NCBI RefSeq assembly: GCF_004010195.1
Contig: NC_057756.1
Coordinates: 7,864,945 to 7,928,944 of the forward strand
DNA length: 64,000 nucleotides
Reading direction: 5' to 3'
From: Chiloscyllium plagiosum
Taxonomy: Eukaryota
Part shown: positions 1-13,198 of the stretch, piece by piece
Layout: each line of letters opens with the position of its first letter
Position numbering within the stretch: position 1 is the first letter of the stretch
Translations under genes and position numbers: made by a program
The notes under the pieces: model-generated
Told to the model about the DNA's origin: nothing
The model's input: the letters and a program-made list of their open reading frames with translations, nothing else
The model's database searches: none

Positions 1-664
1 TAATCTCCCTTCAGAGTCTCAACCTTTTCCCTTCCAATGCCTTTTGTTCCAATGTGGACAGTGACCTCCTGCTGGCCCCTCTCCCCCGTGAGAACATTCT
101 GCACCCTCTCTGAGACATCCTTGATCCTGGCACCAGGGAAACAACACACCATTCTGCTTTTTCTCTGTTGGCCACAGAAACGTCTGTCTGTACCTCTGAC
201 TACAGAATCCCGTAATACAATTGATCTCTTGGAAGCCGGCGTACCCCTCATTGCCTTCTTGAAATCAAAGTACAGTACAGTTACTGCAATACATTGGTTA
301 AACATGATTTCCCTTTCCCAAAACCATGACTCTACTTGATTACCTTGATGGCAGAAATATAATCTTTCTAACCATCATTTTGAATGCATTCCATATGACA
401 GACGTCAGTCGAACTGGCCTACAGTATTCTGTTTTCTACCTCCCTCTCTTCTTGAATAGAAGAGTTAGTTTTGCTATTTTCCACCATGGGGTTGGTGCTG
501 GTGTAGTGGTGATGCTGCTTGTCTAGTGTGCAATGGCCCAGGCTGGTATGTTGCAGAACATGGGTTCAAATTCCACCATGGCAAATGGTGAAATCTGAAT
601 TCAGTACAAAATCTAAGAATAAAACATAGTCAAATGGTTAAAAATCACATAACACCAGGTTATG

Positions 665-699
665 CACCTGATGAAGGAGCGGTGCTCCGAAAGCTAGTG
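665..699 (+). ncRNA. Minimal hammerhead ribozyme motif in a Penelope-like terminal repeat fragment (about 640-790)
   Basis: cac CTGATGA a GGAGC ggt GCTCC GAAAGCTA gtg: core, stem II, palindromic AGCT stem III, stem I cac/gtg. Confidence 0.7.
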
Positions 700-829
700 T
701 GCTTTCAATTAAACCTGTTGGACTATAACATGGCGTTGTGTGATTTTTAACTTTGTACACCCTAGTCCAATACCAGCATCTCCAAATCATAGTCTAATTG
801 ATTAGTTTCCCACAAGTCCACACCAACCC

Positions 830-1075
830 TCCGAGGAGCAACCCACCCAGACCCATTCCCCTGCACCTAACGCTATGGATAATGTAGCCTGGCCAATTCA
901 CCTAACCTGCACATCTTTGGACTGTGGGAGAAAACCAGATCACCCGGAGGAAACCCATGCAGACATGGAGAGAATGTGCAAACTCCACGCAGACAGTTGC
1001 CCAACGCAGGAATTGAGCCCGGATCCCTGGTGCTGTGAGGCAGCATTGCTAACCACTGAGCCATCATGCCACCCG
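830..1075 (-). mobile_element. V-SINE-type SINE (further copies at about 3240-3560+, 9840-10137-, 37766-37921+, 47215-47463+, 53170-53320-, 56305-56545+)
   Basis: Shared SINE body sequence. Confidence 0.85.
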
Positions 1076-2179
1076 TAATGGTGACTGTCAGTTGTCAGGA
1101 AAAGCCAATGTGGTTTACTAATGGAAGAAAATGTGCTGTTCTTAACTAGTCTGGCCTACACATGACATCAAAACCACAACAATCTGATTGACTCCTAATT
1201 GCACTCAATGCTGGCCTCGCACATCCCGTGAACAAATAAAAAGAAATATGATGAAACATTTCTGTAATTTGTTTGTCTATTACAAGTTCCCTTGAGATTG
1301 TAGCTTTCCTAAATTCCTTCTTCCTTTCATCTCCTGATTTATAGTTACTATTTGAAATTTTTTAATCTTCTGTGTTGAAGACAGAAATAAAATGTTAATT
1401 TCATCTGCTATTTCCTTATTAACTTCCATTAACTCCCATTATCACTCTTCAGACTTACTCTTTTCCTCTGTAACTACCTGTAGAAACTCTTGCTATACAT
1501 TATTTTACATTTCTAGCCAGCTTCCTCCTCTTCCTAATTAACCTTTTAGTCATTCCCTGCTATTCCCTACATTCTCATCAATCATTCTGATCTGCCATTC
1601 ATCTTTGCACGGTTGTTCATTTTTTCCTTGATATAGCAATGAGTGTTCCCCTTAGATTATTTTTACAGTCAGAAAATATTCTGGAATATCTCCTTAAATG
1701 CTTACCACTGTGTCTCTATTGATATATTCTCTATTCTATTACACCTGTTCACTTCACTGTCACACCCACATAGTTGTCCTTACTAAAATACTAGGTTTAA
1801 AATACTACTCTTAGACCCAGTCTTCTCCTTTTAAAACTGGATGTAAAATCCTATGACATTGTAGTTGCTGCTACTTAGGGATGTCTTAACTCCAAGATCA
1901 TTCATTAATCCTGTCACATTATACAATACCAAGTGTCTTATAACCTGCACTCTAGTTGGCTCCAGACCTCGTTGCTGTAAGAAATTCCTCACCCTGGATA
2001 TGATTGACAATCTGATTTCCCTAGTTTGGACATAAATTAAAATCAAACATGATGATTTATCAGAATCACCCACTGTTTCTTCTTTGAATTAGAATCCCTA
2101 CAGTGTGGAAACAGGCCATTTGGCCCAGCAAGTTCACATAAACCCTCTGAAGAGCATCCCACCCAAACCTTCCCTCATC

Positions 2180-3050
2180 GTGAGGGCAGAAGCAGGGATG
2201 TTCGCCGAAGAGCGCACGATGTTCAGCACCATTCGCGATTCCTCAGATCCTTAAGCAGACCATGTCCAAATGCAACATGATCAGGATAATGTCCAGGTTT
2301 GGGCTGACGATTGGCAAGTAACATTCTTTCCACATTAATGTCAAGCTATGACCATCACCAATAAGAGATAATTTAACCACCACCCTTGACAATCAATGGT
2401 TTGGCCATCACTGAATCCCCCACTATCAGCATTCTTAGTGGATACCATTGACCACAAACTCAAATGGACTAACTAATGAACACCATGCCTACAAGAGCAG
2501 GTCAGCGGCAAGGAATACGGCGGTGAGTAACTCACCTGTAATATCAACAAGGCACAAGTCAGCAGTGTAATAGGATCCAAACCACTTGCCTGGATGGGCA
2601 CAGCTTTAATAACACTCAGCTCCTGACACCATCCAGAGCAAAGCTTGATTGGCATCACATCCACAGCATCCACTCCCTCCACCACTAGCAGTAGCAGCAG
2701 TGTGTAACATCTACAAGATGCACTGCAGAAATTCTCCAATAATCCTTAGATAGCACCTTCCAAATTCACGACTATTTCAATCCAAATGGACAAGGCAACA
2801 GATACATAGGAACACCATCACCTGCAAGTTCTCCCCCAAGCCACTCAACATCTTGACCTGGAAATATATCGCCGTTCCTTCACTGTCGCTGAGTCAAAAT
2901 CCTGGAATTCCCTTCCGAAGGGTACTATGGGTCAGCCCACATTAGGTGGACTGCAGCTGTTCAAGAAGGCAACTCATCATCACCTTTCAAGGGCAACTAG
3001 GGACGGGCAATAAATCCTGGCCAAACACTTATGTCCCACAAAAGAATAAA
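2180..3050 (+). mobile_element. 3' fragment of the same LINE family
   Basis: Reverse-complement similarity to 4985-5740. Confidence 0.7.
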
Positions 3051-4353
3051 GAAAAATCCTCATTGTCCAAGGAACCTCCTTGACTCCTCTGTCTGAGAGA
3101 TCTCTTTTATTGTCTCAGGGATTATATCTGATTCAAGCACTGTGCTGTTGATGCTGATACAGCAATGGAGACTGATGGATCCCCAATGTCAGCACTGACC
3201 TGAGTCTTGTAGGCATCATGAAAAACTTGAGCAAAGTTTGATTCCAGCCTCAGCCATCTCTGTGGAGTTGGCACATTCTCCCCGTGTCTGTGTGGAGTTG
3301 GCACATTCTCCCCGTGTCTGTGTGGGTTTCCTCCGGGTGCTCCAGGTTCCTCCCACAACCCCAAAGATGTGCAGGTGAGGTGAATTGGCCATGCTAAATC
3401 GCCCATAGTTTTCAGGGATGTGTAGGTTAGATGTAGTAGTCTGGGGTAAATATAGAATATTACGATAGGTGAATGGATCAGGGTGAGTTACTCTTTGCAG
3501 GGTTGGTGTGGATTTGTTGGGCTGAAGGGCCTGTTTCCACACTGTAGGGATTCTATTCTATGAAAGTGCCTCTAGACTGAGCTCTGCATGTATTGAGATT
3601 ACAGGCAAATATGGAAATGGAATTTTATACCTGTATCCACGAACTGGTTTGCCTTCATTCCCTATAATCAGTTATCTTAGTGAGGTTTCAAGTTCAGTGA
3701 GAATGGACAGCAAGGGTGATGCTGAACAGCATGTCCATTTTAGTAACTGCTGTGTTGACTTCATGGGGAATACAACAACATTAGCAAAAGGTACAAATTT
3801 TAAACTACATTGAACAGGGTTTACAAGAATGAGAGAGATCGCATAGTAACCTACAAAATTCTCAGAGGACTGGCTAGGATGTTCCCAATGACAGGGTCAC
3901 AGCCTAAGGATACCAGGTAGGCCATTTAGCATTGAGATGAGGTAAATGTTTTTCACCCAGAGAGTGGTGAACCTGTAGAATTCTCTGCCACAGTTAGAAG
4001 TAGTTCTTAGGACTAAAGGGCTAAAAGGTTCTGGGGGAGAGAGAGCCAGACCAGGAGGCTGTGTTGGATGATCAGCCATGATCATATTGACGAATGGAGT
4101 AGACTTAAAGGGCCAAATGACCTACTTCTGCTTCTATATTCTACGTTATTAAAAGATGTGGTCTTTATAACTGGCGTATTGTTGAATTAGTTCCCAATCA
4201 GAAGAAAGTGAGGTCTGCAGGTGCTGGAGAGTCAAGAGTCAAGAAGTGTAGGACTGAAAAAAAGCACAGCAAGTCAGGCAGCATACAATCAGAGCTCAGT
4301 AAGACTGATATTTACATTAAGCATAAATCTATCCAAACTGACAATGACATTAC

Positions 4354-4393
4354 CTTGGAGAAGCGACAGCAGGAAATAAGATTTCTCGATCAT
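4354..4393 (-). CDS. Siglec-like receptor copy 1: intact leader (signal peptide) coding exon, MIEKSYFLLSLLQ(phase 1); whole exon 4354-4435
   Basis: Reverse strand reads tttcag|AGCTTGCG...ACA ATG ATC GAG AAA TCT TAT TTC CTG CTG TCG CTT CTC CAA G|GTAATG. Canonical AG/GT sites, 40 coding nt, phase 1 matches the phase-1 V exons of the paralogs (would give ...LLQAGLAQEW). Homologs at 17.7, 45.9 and 63.6 kb. Confidence 0.75.
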
Positions 4394-4809
4394 TGTTCGC
4401 TCCCAGGTATTTCGTCAGCTCCTCCCTCGCAAGCTCTGAAAGAAAAAGTAGCTGATGTACTACAAAAGTACCTCTTGTGCAACAGCTCTCAAGAAATCAG
4501 AACTACTTTTAGACATTGTCCTCATAGACCACGTTGATTCTCTGTGGGTTCAAGGCTTTAAGAAAAAAAGCATGTGCCAAAGTTCCTGTCTCTGTATTTC
4601 TCTGATTCCTTTGATCAAGAAAGATGCTCTGTTCCAAGATAGACTTGAGCTCACCGTCTCCACCAGAACCCAATCATTAATTGAAATCTTCCGAAGGCAT
4701 CATTGGAATCTGTCTTCACAAAGTTACAATGTCAGCAAAGGATAATGTTGATCACAGAAGCAAGTTCCAGTCATTGTGTAACTGACTCAGGACCTGTCCA
4801 ATTGCTCGC

Positions 4810-4922
4810 CAGGGGAGTAACCACTGTCACAACCTGTGTATCATGACTGGCCTCTTTATGTGCTGCTTCTGTTAATTTCATTAGAAGGAGTTGGTGTTTC
4901 ACTGTGAGTCAATTCAGGAAGT
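4810..4922 (-). promoter_or_regulatory. Copy 1 putative promoter and non-coding exon 1 (AP-1 TGAGTCA 4905-4911 next to ETS CAGGAAGT 4915-4922; donor CTG|GCGAGC at 4810)
   Basis: Homologous to 19385-19499 and 46343-46460, which have CAG|GTGAGC donors at the same position. ETS core is conserved in copy 2. Confidence 0.45.
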
Positions 4923-5804
4923 TGCGTTGATTTGAGAAAGCAGCATTACAAGCTGCCTCTGCGAGAAAAATGTTAACCCTTTGAGCTTACTTATTTATTC
5001 ATTTTGTGAGATGTGGGCATCCCTGGTTGGCCAGTATTTATTGCTGGTCCCTAGTTGCCCTTGAGAAGGTGGTTCTGAGCTGCCTTCTGAAGTCACTGTA
5101 GGGCTTCTGCTGTGGGTTGACCCACAATGCCCTTCGGAAGGGAATTCCAGCAATAGTGAAGGAATGCTAATATGTTTCCAAGTCAGGATCGTGAGTGACT
5201 TGGAGGGGAACCTGAAGGTGATGGTGTTCTCATATATCTGCTGCTCTTATCCTTCTAAATGTAAGTAGTCAAGGATTTGGAAGGAGTTGTCTAAGGATCT
5301 TTGGTGAATTTCTGCAGTGCATCTTGTAGATAATACACACTGCTGCTACTGAATGTTAGTGTTGGGAGCAGTGGATGTTTATGGATATGGTGCCAATCAA
5401 GTGGGCTGCTTTGTCCTGGATGGTGTTAAGCTTCTCAAATGTTGCTAGAGCTGCACTCATCCAGGCAAGTGGGGAGTATTCCATCACATTTCTGAATTGT
5501 GCCTTGTAGATGGTGGACAGGCTTTGAGGTATCAGGAGGTGACTTACTCGCCACAGTATTCCTGGTCTGTGACCGGCTTTTGTAGCCATTGAGTTTATAT
5601 GGTGAGTCCAGTTCAGTTTCTGATTAATGATAACTCCTAGCATGTTGATTGTGGAGAACTCAGTGATGGGAACACTGTTGAATGACAAGGGATAGTGGTT
5701 AAATTGTCTTTTACTGGTGATGGTCATAGCCTGGCTTTTACTTGCAGTTGAAACTTTATTGCTGGAACAGCACAGCAGGTCAGGCAGCATCCAGGGAACA
5801 GGAG

Positions 5805-5840
5805 ATTCGACGTTTCGGGCACAGGCCCTTCTTCAGGAAT
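5805..5840 (-). ncRNA. Minimal hammerhead ribozyme motif
   Basis: attc CTGAAGA a GGGC ctgt GCCC GAAACGTC gaat on the reverse strand. Confidence 0.75.
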
Positions 5841-6107
5841 GAGCAGAGAGTGTTCAGCAGGAGAAGATAAAAGGTAGGGAGGAGGGACTTGGAGGAGGGG
5901 CGTTGGAAATGTGATAGGTGGAAAGAGGTCAAGGTGAGGGTGATAGGTCGGAGTAGGATGGAGGCGGAGAGGTCAACAAGAAGACTGCAGGTCAGGAAGG
6001 CGACGTGGTCGACGGTGCCCTCCACCGCATCTCCTCCACTTCCAACTCCCCTCCTCCAAGTCCCTCCTCCCTACCTTTTATCTTCTCCTGCTGAACACTC
6101 TCTGCTC

Positions 6108-6143
6108 ATTCCTGAAGAAGGGCATGTGCCCGAAACGTCGAAT
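6108..6143 (+). ncRNA. Minimal hammerhead ribozyme motif
   Basis: attc CTGAAGA a GGGC atgt GCCC GAAACGTC gaat. Confidence 0.75.
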
Positions 6144-9100
6144 CTTCTGTTCCCTAGATGCTGCCTGACCTGCTGTGCAGTTCCAGCAATAAAGTTTCAA
6201 CCAGTTACTACAGCTAACAGGTTCGTGATGCCAACATTGTTGGCNNNNNNNNNNNNNNNNNNNNNNNNNNNNNNNNNNNNNNNNNNNNNNNNNNNNNNNN
6301 NNNNNNNNNNNNNNNNNNNNNNNNNNNNNNNNNNNNNNNNNNNNNNNNNNNNNNNNNNNNNNNNNNNNNNNNNNNNNNNNNNNNNNNNNNNNNNNNNNNN
6401 NNNNNNNNNNNNNNNNNNNNNNNNNNNNNNNNNNNNNNNNNNNNNNNNNNNNNNNNNNNNNNNNNNNNNNNNNNNNNNNNNNNNNNNNNNNNNNNNNNNN
6501 NNNNNNNNNNNNNNNNNNNNNNNNNNNNNNNNNNNNNNNNNNNNNNNNNNNNNNNNNNNNNNNNNNNNNNNNNNNNNNNNNNNNNNNNNNNNNNNNNNNN
6601 NNNNNNNNNNNNNNNNNNNNNNNNNNNNNNNNNNNNNNNNNNNNNNNNNNNNNNNNNNNNNNNNNNNNNNNNNNNNNNNNNNNNNNNNNNNNNNNNNNNN
6701 NNNNNNNNNNNNNNNNNNNNNNNNNNNNNNNNNNNNNNNNNNNNNNNNNNNNNNNNNNNNNNNNNNNNNNNNNNNNNNNNNNNNNNNNNNNNNNNNNNNN
6801 NNNNNNNNNNNNNNNNNNNNNNNNNNNNNNNNNNNNNNNNNNNNNNNNNNNNNNNNNNNNNNNNNNNNNNNNNNNNNNNNNNNNNNNNNNNNNNNNNNNN
6901 NNNNNNNNNNNNNNNNNNNNNNNNNNNNNNNNNNNNNNNNNNNNNNNNNNNNNNNNNNNNNNNNNNNNNNNNNNNNNNNNNNNNNNNNNNNNNNNNNNNN
7001 NNNNNNNNNNNNNNNNNNNNNNNNNNNNNNNNNNNNNNNNNNNNNNNNNNNNNNNNNNNNNNTTTTATCTTAGTGCTTTGAGCACTCTCTGCTCATTCCT
7101 GAAGAAGGGCCTGTGCCCAAAACGTCGAATCTCCTGTTCCCTGGATGCTGCCTGACCTGCTGTGCTGTTCCAGCAATAAAGTTTCAACTTTGATCTCCAG
7201 CATCTGCAGACCTCACTTTCTCCTCGAAGATTTTACTTGCAGTTGTCAGCCCAAACCTGGATATTGTCCAGATCTTGTTGCATTTGAGCATGGACTGCTT
7301 CAGTCTCTGAGGAGTCATGAATGGTGCTGCATTGTGCAATCATTGGCAAACATCCCCACTTCTGACCTTATGACGGAGAGAAGGTCATCAATGAAGCAGC
7401 TGAAAATGGTTGGGCTGAGGACACTAATCTCAGGAAATCCTACAGAGATGTCCTGAAGCTGAGATGACTCACGTGACCTCCAACAACCACGACCATCTTC
7501 CTACATGTCAGCTATGACTCTAACCAGCAGAGTGTTTGCCCCCTTAAGCTCTTTAATTCCAGTTTTGCTACACATCCTTGATGCTACACTGGGTCGAATA
7601 CAGCCTTGATGTCAAGGGCTGTCGCTCTCACCTCACCACTGGAATTCAGTTCTTTTGTCCATGTTTGAACCAAGGCTGTAATGGGGTCAGGGGCTGAGTG
7701 GCCCTGGTGGAACATAAACATGGAGTCATTGAGCAGGTTATTGCTGAGCTGGTGCTGCTTGATAACACTATTGATGCCGCCTTCCATCACTTTACTGATG
7801 ATCAAGAGTGGACTGATGGGGCAGTAATATACCAGGTTGGACTTGTTCTGTTTTATTATATACAGTACATATGTGGGCAAATTTCCACTTTGTTATGTAG
7901 ATGCCAGTTATAACTGACTGGAACAGGCTGGCTCGGGGAGCAGCAGGTTCTGGAGCACAAGTCTTCAGTAATATTGCCAGAATGTTGTCAGGGCCCATAG
8001 CCTTTGGAGTATCCAATTCCTCTAACCATTTCTTGATATTGAATTGGCTGAAGACTGGTATCTGTAATGCTGGGGACCACTGGAGGAGGCTGAGATGGAT
8101 CATCCACTCAGCCCACTGCTGGCTGGAGATTGTAGCAAAAGCTTCAGCCTTGTCTTTGGCACTGATGTTCTGGGCTCTTCCATTATTGAGAATGGGGATG
8201 TTTGTGGAGTCTCCTCCTGCAGTGAGTTATTTAATCATCCACCACCATTCATGACTGGATGCAGCAGGACTGCAGAGCTCAGATCTAATCCATTGGTAGT
8301 GGAATCGCTTAGCTCTGTCCAACTCTTGCTGCTTATGTTGTTTGGCATGCAAGTAGTCCTATTTGGTGGTTTCATCAGGTGAACACCCCATTTTTAGATA
8401 TACCAGGTGCATATCACCTGGCAGTAAACACGCTTACTAATACTGTCATGGACAGACGCATCTGCAGCTGGCAGATTGTGAGGGAGGAGGAGGAGGAGGA
8501 GGAAATGCCAGGCCATAAGATTACGGATTGTGTTGAGTACAATTCTATGCTGCCACTGGCCCACAGTGCCTCATGGATATACAGTCTTGAGTTGCTAGAT
8601 CTGTTTGAAGTCTGTCCCATTGAGCACAGTGATAGCGTCACACAACATGATGAAGGATATTTTCAATGTGAAGGCAGGACTTCGTCAACACAAGAACAGT
8701 GCAGTAAACACTCTTACTAATACTGTCATGGACGGATGCATCTGCAGCTGGCAGATTGTGAGGGTGAGGTCAGGTATGCTTTCTCCTCTTGTTGGTTCGC
8801 TCGCCATCTGCCGCACACCCATTTCAGCAGCTCTGTCCTTTAAGACCCAACCACCTCGATCAGTAGTACTGCTGCCAAGCCACTCTTGGTGATGAACGTT
8901 GAAGTCCGCCTTCCCAGAGTATGCTTTGTGCCCTTGCCAGCCTCAGTGCTTCCTCTAAGTGTTGTTCCAAACGGAGGAGCATCGATTTATCAGCCGAGGG
9001 AAGAAGGTATGTGCTAATTAGCAGCAGGTTTCCTTGCCCTTGTTTAACCTGAAGCCATGAGACTTCATGGGGTCAGGTGTCAATGCTGAGGACTCCCAGA

Positions 9101-11069
9101 ACAACTGCCTCCCAGCTGTCTACCACTGTGCCACCACCTCTGATGGGTCGGTCCTGCTGGTGAGAAAGGACATATCCAGGGATGGTGATGGTGGTGTCTT
9201 GGGTATTGTCTGTAAGGTATGATTCTGTGAGAATGAATATGTCAAGCTGTTTCTTGACTACTCTGTGATACAGCTCTCCCAGTTTTGGCACTAGCCTCCA
9301 GATGTTCTTGAGGAAGACTTTGCCGGGTCAACAGGGCTGTTTCTGGTGATCACCTGATGCCAGGTTATCTGTCTGGTTTCATTTCTTTGAGACTTTGTAG
9401 AGATTGATACAACTGAATGGTCTTCTAGGCCATTTCAGAGGGCAATTGCGAGTCAACCACATTGCTATAGCCGCAACTTATTTTACTGTGTAGCAAGCTC
9501 GAGGTGTTGATTGGGATTCAAATTGTTCTTGCGCAATATACTAGAAGGAACTGAATGGCCTCTCCTGGTTTTGTGGAACAGGTTTGAGGAGTGGGCTGAA
9601 TGGACTCCACCTGTTCCTATGTAACAGCCTCATCGGGGCTGAATGGCCTCTCCTGTTCTGGTGTAAAAGCCTCAATTGGGGGGGGGGGGGGGGGGTGTTG
9701 AATGGCCTTTTACTCTTCCTGCATAACAGGTTTGAGGGGGGGGGGCTGAATAGTCTCCTCCTGTCTCTGCAAAGCAGGAGGCAGAGGGGTAAAGGTTCAG
9801 ACAGAGACAAGCTTCTCTATCCATTTATTAAATTCTCTACCGTGGGGAAACTCTACAGGCCATTTGGCCCAACAAGTCCACACTGACCCACGCAGACTCA
9901 TACCCTTGCATTTAGCCCTGACTAATGCATCTAACACTATGGACAATTTCGCATGGTCAATTTACCTAACCAGCACATTTTTGGATCATGCGAGGAAACC
10001 GGAGTACCCAGAGCAAACTCACACAGAGATGGGGAGAATGTGCAAACTCCACACAGACAGACACCCGAGGCGACAATTGAACCTGGGTTCATGGCACTGT
10101 GAGGCAGCAATGCTAATCACTGAGCCACCGTGCCACGCTATATGTTTTTCTCTGTGGTCTAAAATCTCTCTCTCACATCTGCTGAAAACAAACTGCTAGA
10201 AATAGCAGCATGTTTGCAGCTGCCGAGTTATGTCTTTGTAGGTTTAGTATTTGTAAGTGATATTTCATCTCCAACAAGCGAAGATTCTTCTCATGATGGA
10301 TATGAAATAGACAGTGAGGAACTTTGCATACCTGCGAGGGATGACCTGCCTGACTACTTGAATTGCCCTGGGATAGAATGTTGCTTTCATCTCGGACTGC
10401 CTTTTGTTGAATTGACATTGGCTTCACAAAACTAGATGGACCAAGTGATTGCTGTAGCCATTTCATGTCAGTGTTTTAGTCCCGTTTCCAAACACTTTGA
10501 GTGCAGGGACACACAAGATGTCAAACAGGGTGATGAAATTTAAAAATTAGTACCCTGTATCTGATAACACTGTGACAAGCATAAATGTTGGCATGGAGCA
10601 GATGGACTGAATACCCTGTTTCTGCCTGCCGACAGCACGAGTCTGTGTAGCTCCATATCAGGGTAAGAACATATACATTGGGAAGGGTCTGTCTCTGACC
10701 CTTAGTTCACATTCTCTCTGACAGCCTCGAATTGACCGAGTAAATAGATGTGAAGCTGAAAACAGTAAGGACTGCACCTGGTCAGGGTGAAACAGCAGTT
10801 CACAGCTTGGGTACAAACTGGCTCATTAGATTCTTAAAGTCAATTACAAATTAACTCTTGTCCACAGTAGGACACAAATTGTTTGAAATTATCCCCCACC
10901 TAGCATCCAACTGTTATGAGCAGCTGTTGTTGTTTGTGGGATCTTGCTGTGCAGCAGTTGGTGGCTGTGACTGTTACATTATGGCATACGAAGAATGCTT
11001 TGTTGTCTGCAAAGTTTATTGAGATATTCTGAGGTGGAGAAAGGTGCTGGAGAAATGCAAGTCTATATT

Positions 11070-12470
11070 ACAATAAGATATAGGAGCAGAATTAGACTAT
11101 TGAGTCTGATCCACCATTTGATTACTGCTGCTATATTTCTCAATCCCATCCTCTTGCCTTCTCGCTGTAACCCTTGATCCCCTTACTCATCAAGAACCTA
11201 TCTATTTCTGTCTTAAATGCACTTGGTGGCTTGGCCACCGTTGCCTCTGTGGCAATGAGTTCCATGGATTAATCACCCTCTGGCTGCAGAAAGTCTCCCT
11301 CATCTCAATTCCGAAGATTCATCCTTTCATTCTGAGGTTATTACCTTGGGTCCTAATATCTTCTACAAATGGAAATATCTTCACCATGTCAACTCTATCC
11401 AGGCCTCTCAGTATTCTGTGAGTTTTAATCAGATTCTCCTTCGTCCTTCTAAACACTACTTATTACAGACCCAGAGTCCTCAACTATTTCTCATATGACA
11501 AGCCCTTCATCCCAGGATTATACTTCTTCTAAACCTCCTCTGGACCCTCTTCAAAGCCAGCGAATCCTTCCTTCAATCTGGGCCAAAAACTGCTCACAAT
11601 ATTCCAACTGCGCCTGACCAGAACTTTATATAGCCTTGGCAGTACATCTCTGCTTTTGTATTCTCAACCTCTTGAAAAGAATGCTAACAATTCATTTTCC
11701 ATCCTAACTGCATGTTAACCTTTAAAGAATCCTGAACTAGGACTCCTAAATCCTTTTATGCTTCAGATTTCTGAAGTCTTTTTCCTGTTTAGAAAATAGT
11801 CTACATCGTTATTCTTTCTATCAAAGTGTATAACATTACATTTTGTTAGTGTATTCCATCTGCCACCTCTTTACCGACTCCTTCGGCAGCCTCCCATTTC
11901 CACAACAGGACCTATTCCTCTGCCTATCCTTATGTCATCTGCAAACTGAGCAACAATGCCCTCAGTTCCTTCATCCAGATTGCTAATGTATGTCATGAAT
12001 AATTGTGGTCGCAACTCTGACTCCTGCAGAACTCCACTAGTCACAGGCCGCTATCCTGGCAAAGGTGCCTTTATCCCAACTCTCCACCTTCTGTCAGTCA
12101 CTCAATCCTTTGTCTATGCCAGTACCTTGCCCCTCACACCATGGGCTCTTATCTTATTGAACAGCCTCCTGTGCAGCACTTTGACAAAGGCCTTCTGGAA
12201 ATCCAAATAGATGCTGTTCACTGGCTCTCCTTTGTCTCACTTGTTCATGACCTCAAAGAATTCTAACAGATTTGTCAGACATGACCTCCCCTTGATGAAG
12301 CTGTGCTGACTCTGCCCCTACTTTATCATTGCACACCTAAGAACTTCACAATCTCGTCCTTAAGAATGGATCTACAATCATACCAACAACCGGGGTCAGG
12401 CTAACCAGCTTATAGTTTCCATCCTCTGCCTCCCTCTCTTCGTAAACAGGGGTGTTACTTTGGCCTTTCT
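11070..12470 (-). mobile_element. CR1 LINE 3' part
   Basis: Reverse strand has YLDFQKAFVKV and VTSGVLQ-type RT motifs and a CR1 3' tail. Confidence 0.8.
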
Positions 12471-13198
12471 TCTATCTCTATGTGAAACTTTAAACAGGAT
12501 TATAGAGATTGATGGAAGCAAATAAGTTGATAACATGGTTGGACATAGACAATGCATTTAATTATTGACATTAAAAGAAGCATTAGACATTATTTTAGGA
12601 TGGAACTAGAACTTATCATCAGGTTATTGTTAACCAGACACTGTGTTATTAAGCTGTGATGGATGGAAGTAGATAACCTGATAGGAATTGAGGACTAAGG
12701 ATAATGTTCTGATGTGGGTTTGAATATCAAGTAAAACTTGAATTCACTGAAAGTCTGGGATAAAAAAGCTGGCCAAATGTCCACAATGCTACCACTGTTG
12801 ATTGGTGTAAAATTCAACTGGTTCACTAATGTCCCTTAGGGAAGGAAATCTGTCATCCTTATCCAGTTCGGCCAATGTGTGAATCCACACCCACAGCAAT
12901 AGGGTTGATTCCTAACTGCCCTCTGAACCATTACGGATGGTCAATTAATGTCCAGCCGGTGACAACTGCATCCATGAAAGAACAAAAATTAAAAATGGAG
13001 GCAGTCAAGATATTCAATCACTGATATTAAAGTATTAGAGGTCGTTCCAGGACTGTACTGGAAGCTATCACTAGGTTATTGAGAATTACATTTGGGATTG
13101 TTAATACTGTGTGGTATGTTCATATCAATGTCATGGTTTGTGTTATTTTTCATTAAGTGGTGGATGTGAATTGTTAGTCATTATAGTACTGCACTTGC

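Larger units (their letters stand above)
5751..7230. mobile_element. Penelope-like insertion with inverted terminal repeats (contains an N gap)
   Basis: 15-bp TSD ttttacttgcagttg at 5736-5750 and 7231-7245; inverted arms about 5748-5908 and 6040-6201; three hammerhead motifs. Confidence 0.75.
4985..9470 (-). mobile_element. Long degraded non-LTR retrotransposon (CR1/L2 group) with APE endonuclease and RT remnants
   Basis: LDIFILTESYL, KAMGPDNI...LKTCAPE, TALDIKAVFDPV, MEYSPLAW motifs in ORF fragments; interrupted by the 5751-7230 insertion. Confidence 0.8.

Noticed and set aside
5889-7073. 394-aa ORF, and the long ORFs around 27.2-28.3 kb
   Set aside because: Length is inflated by N gaps; the real sequence is Penelope repeat.
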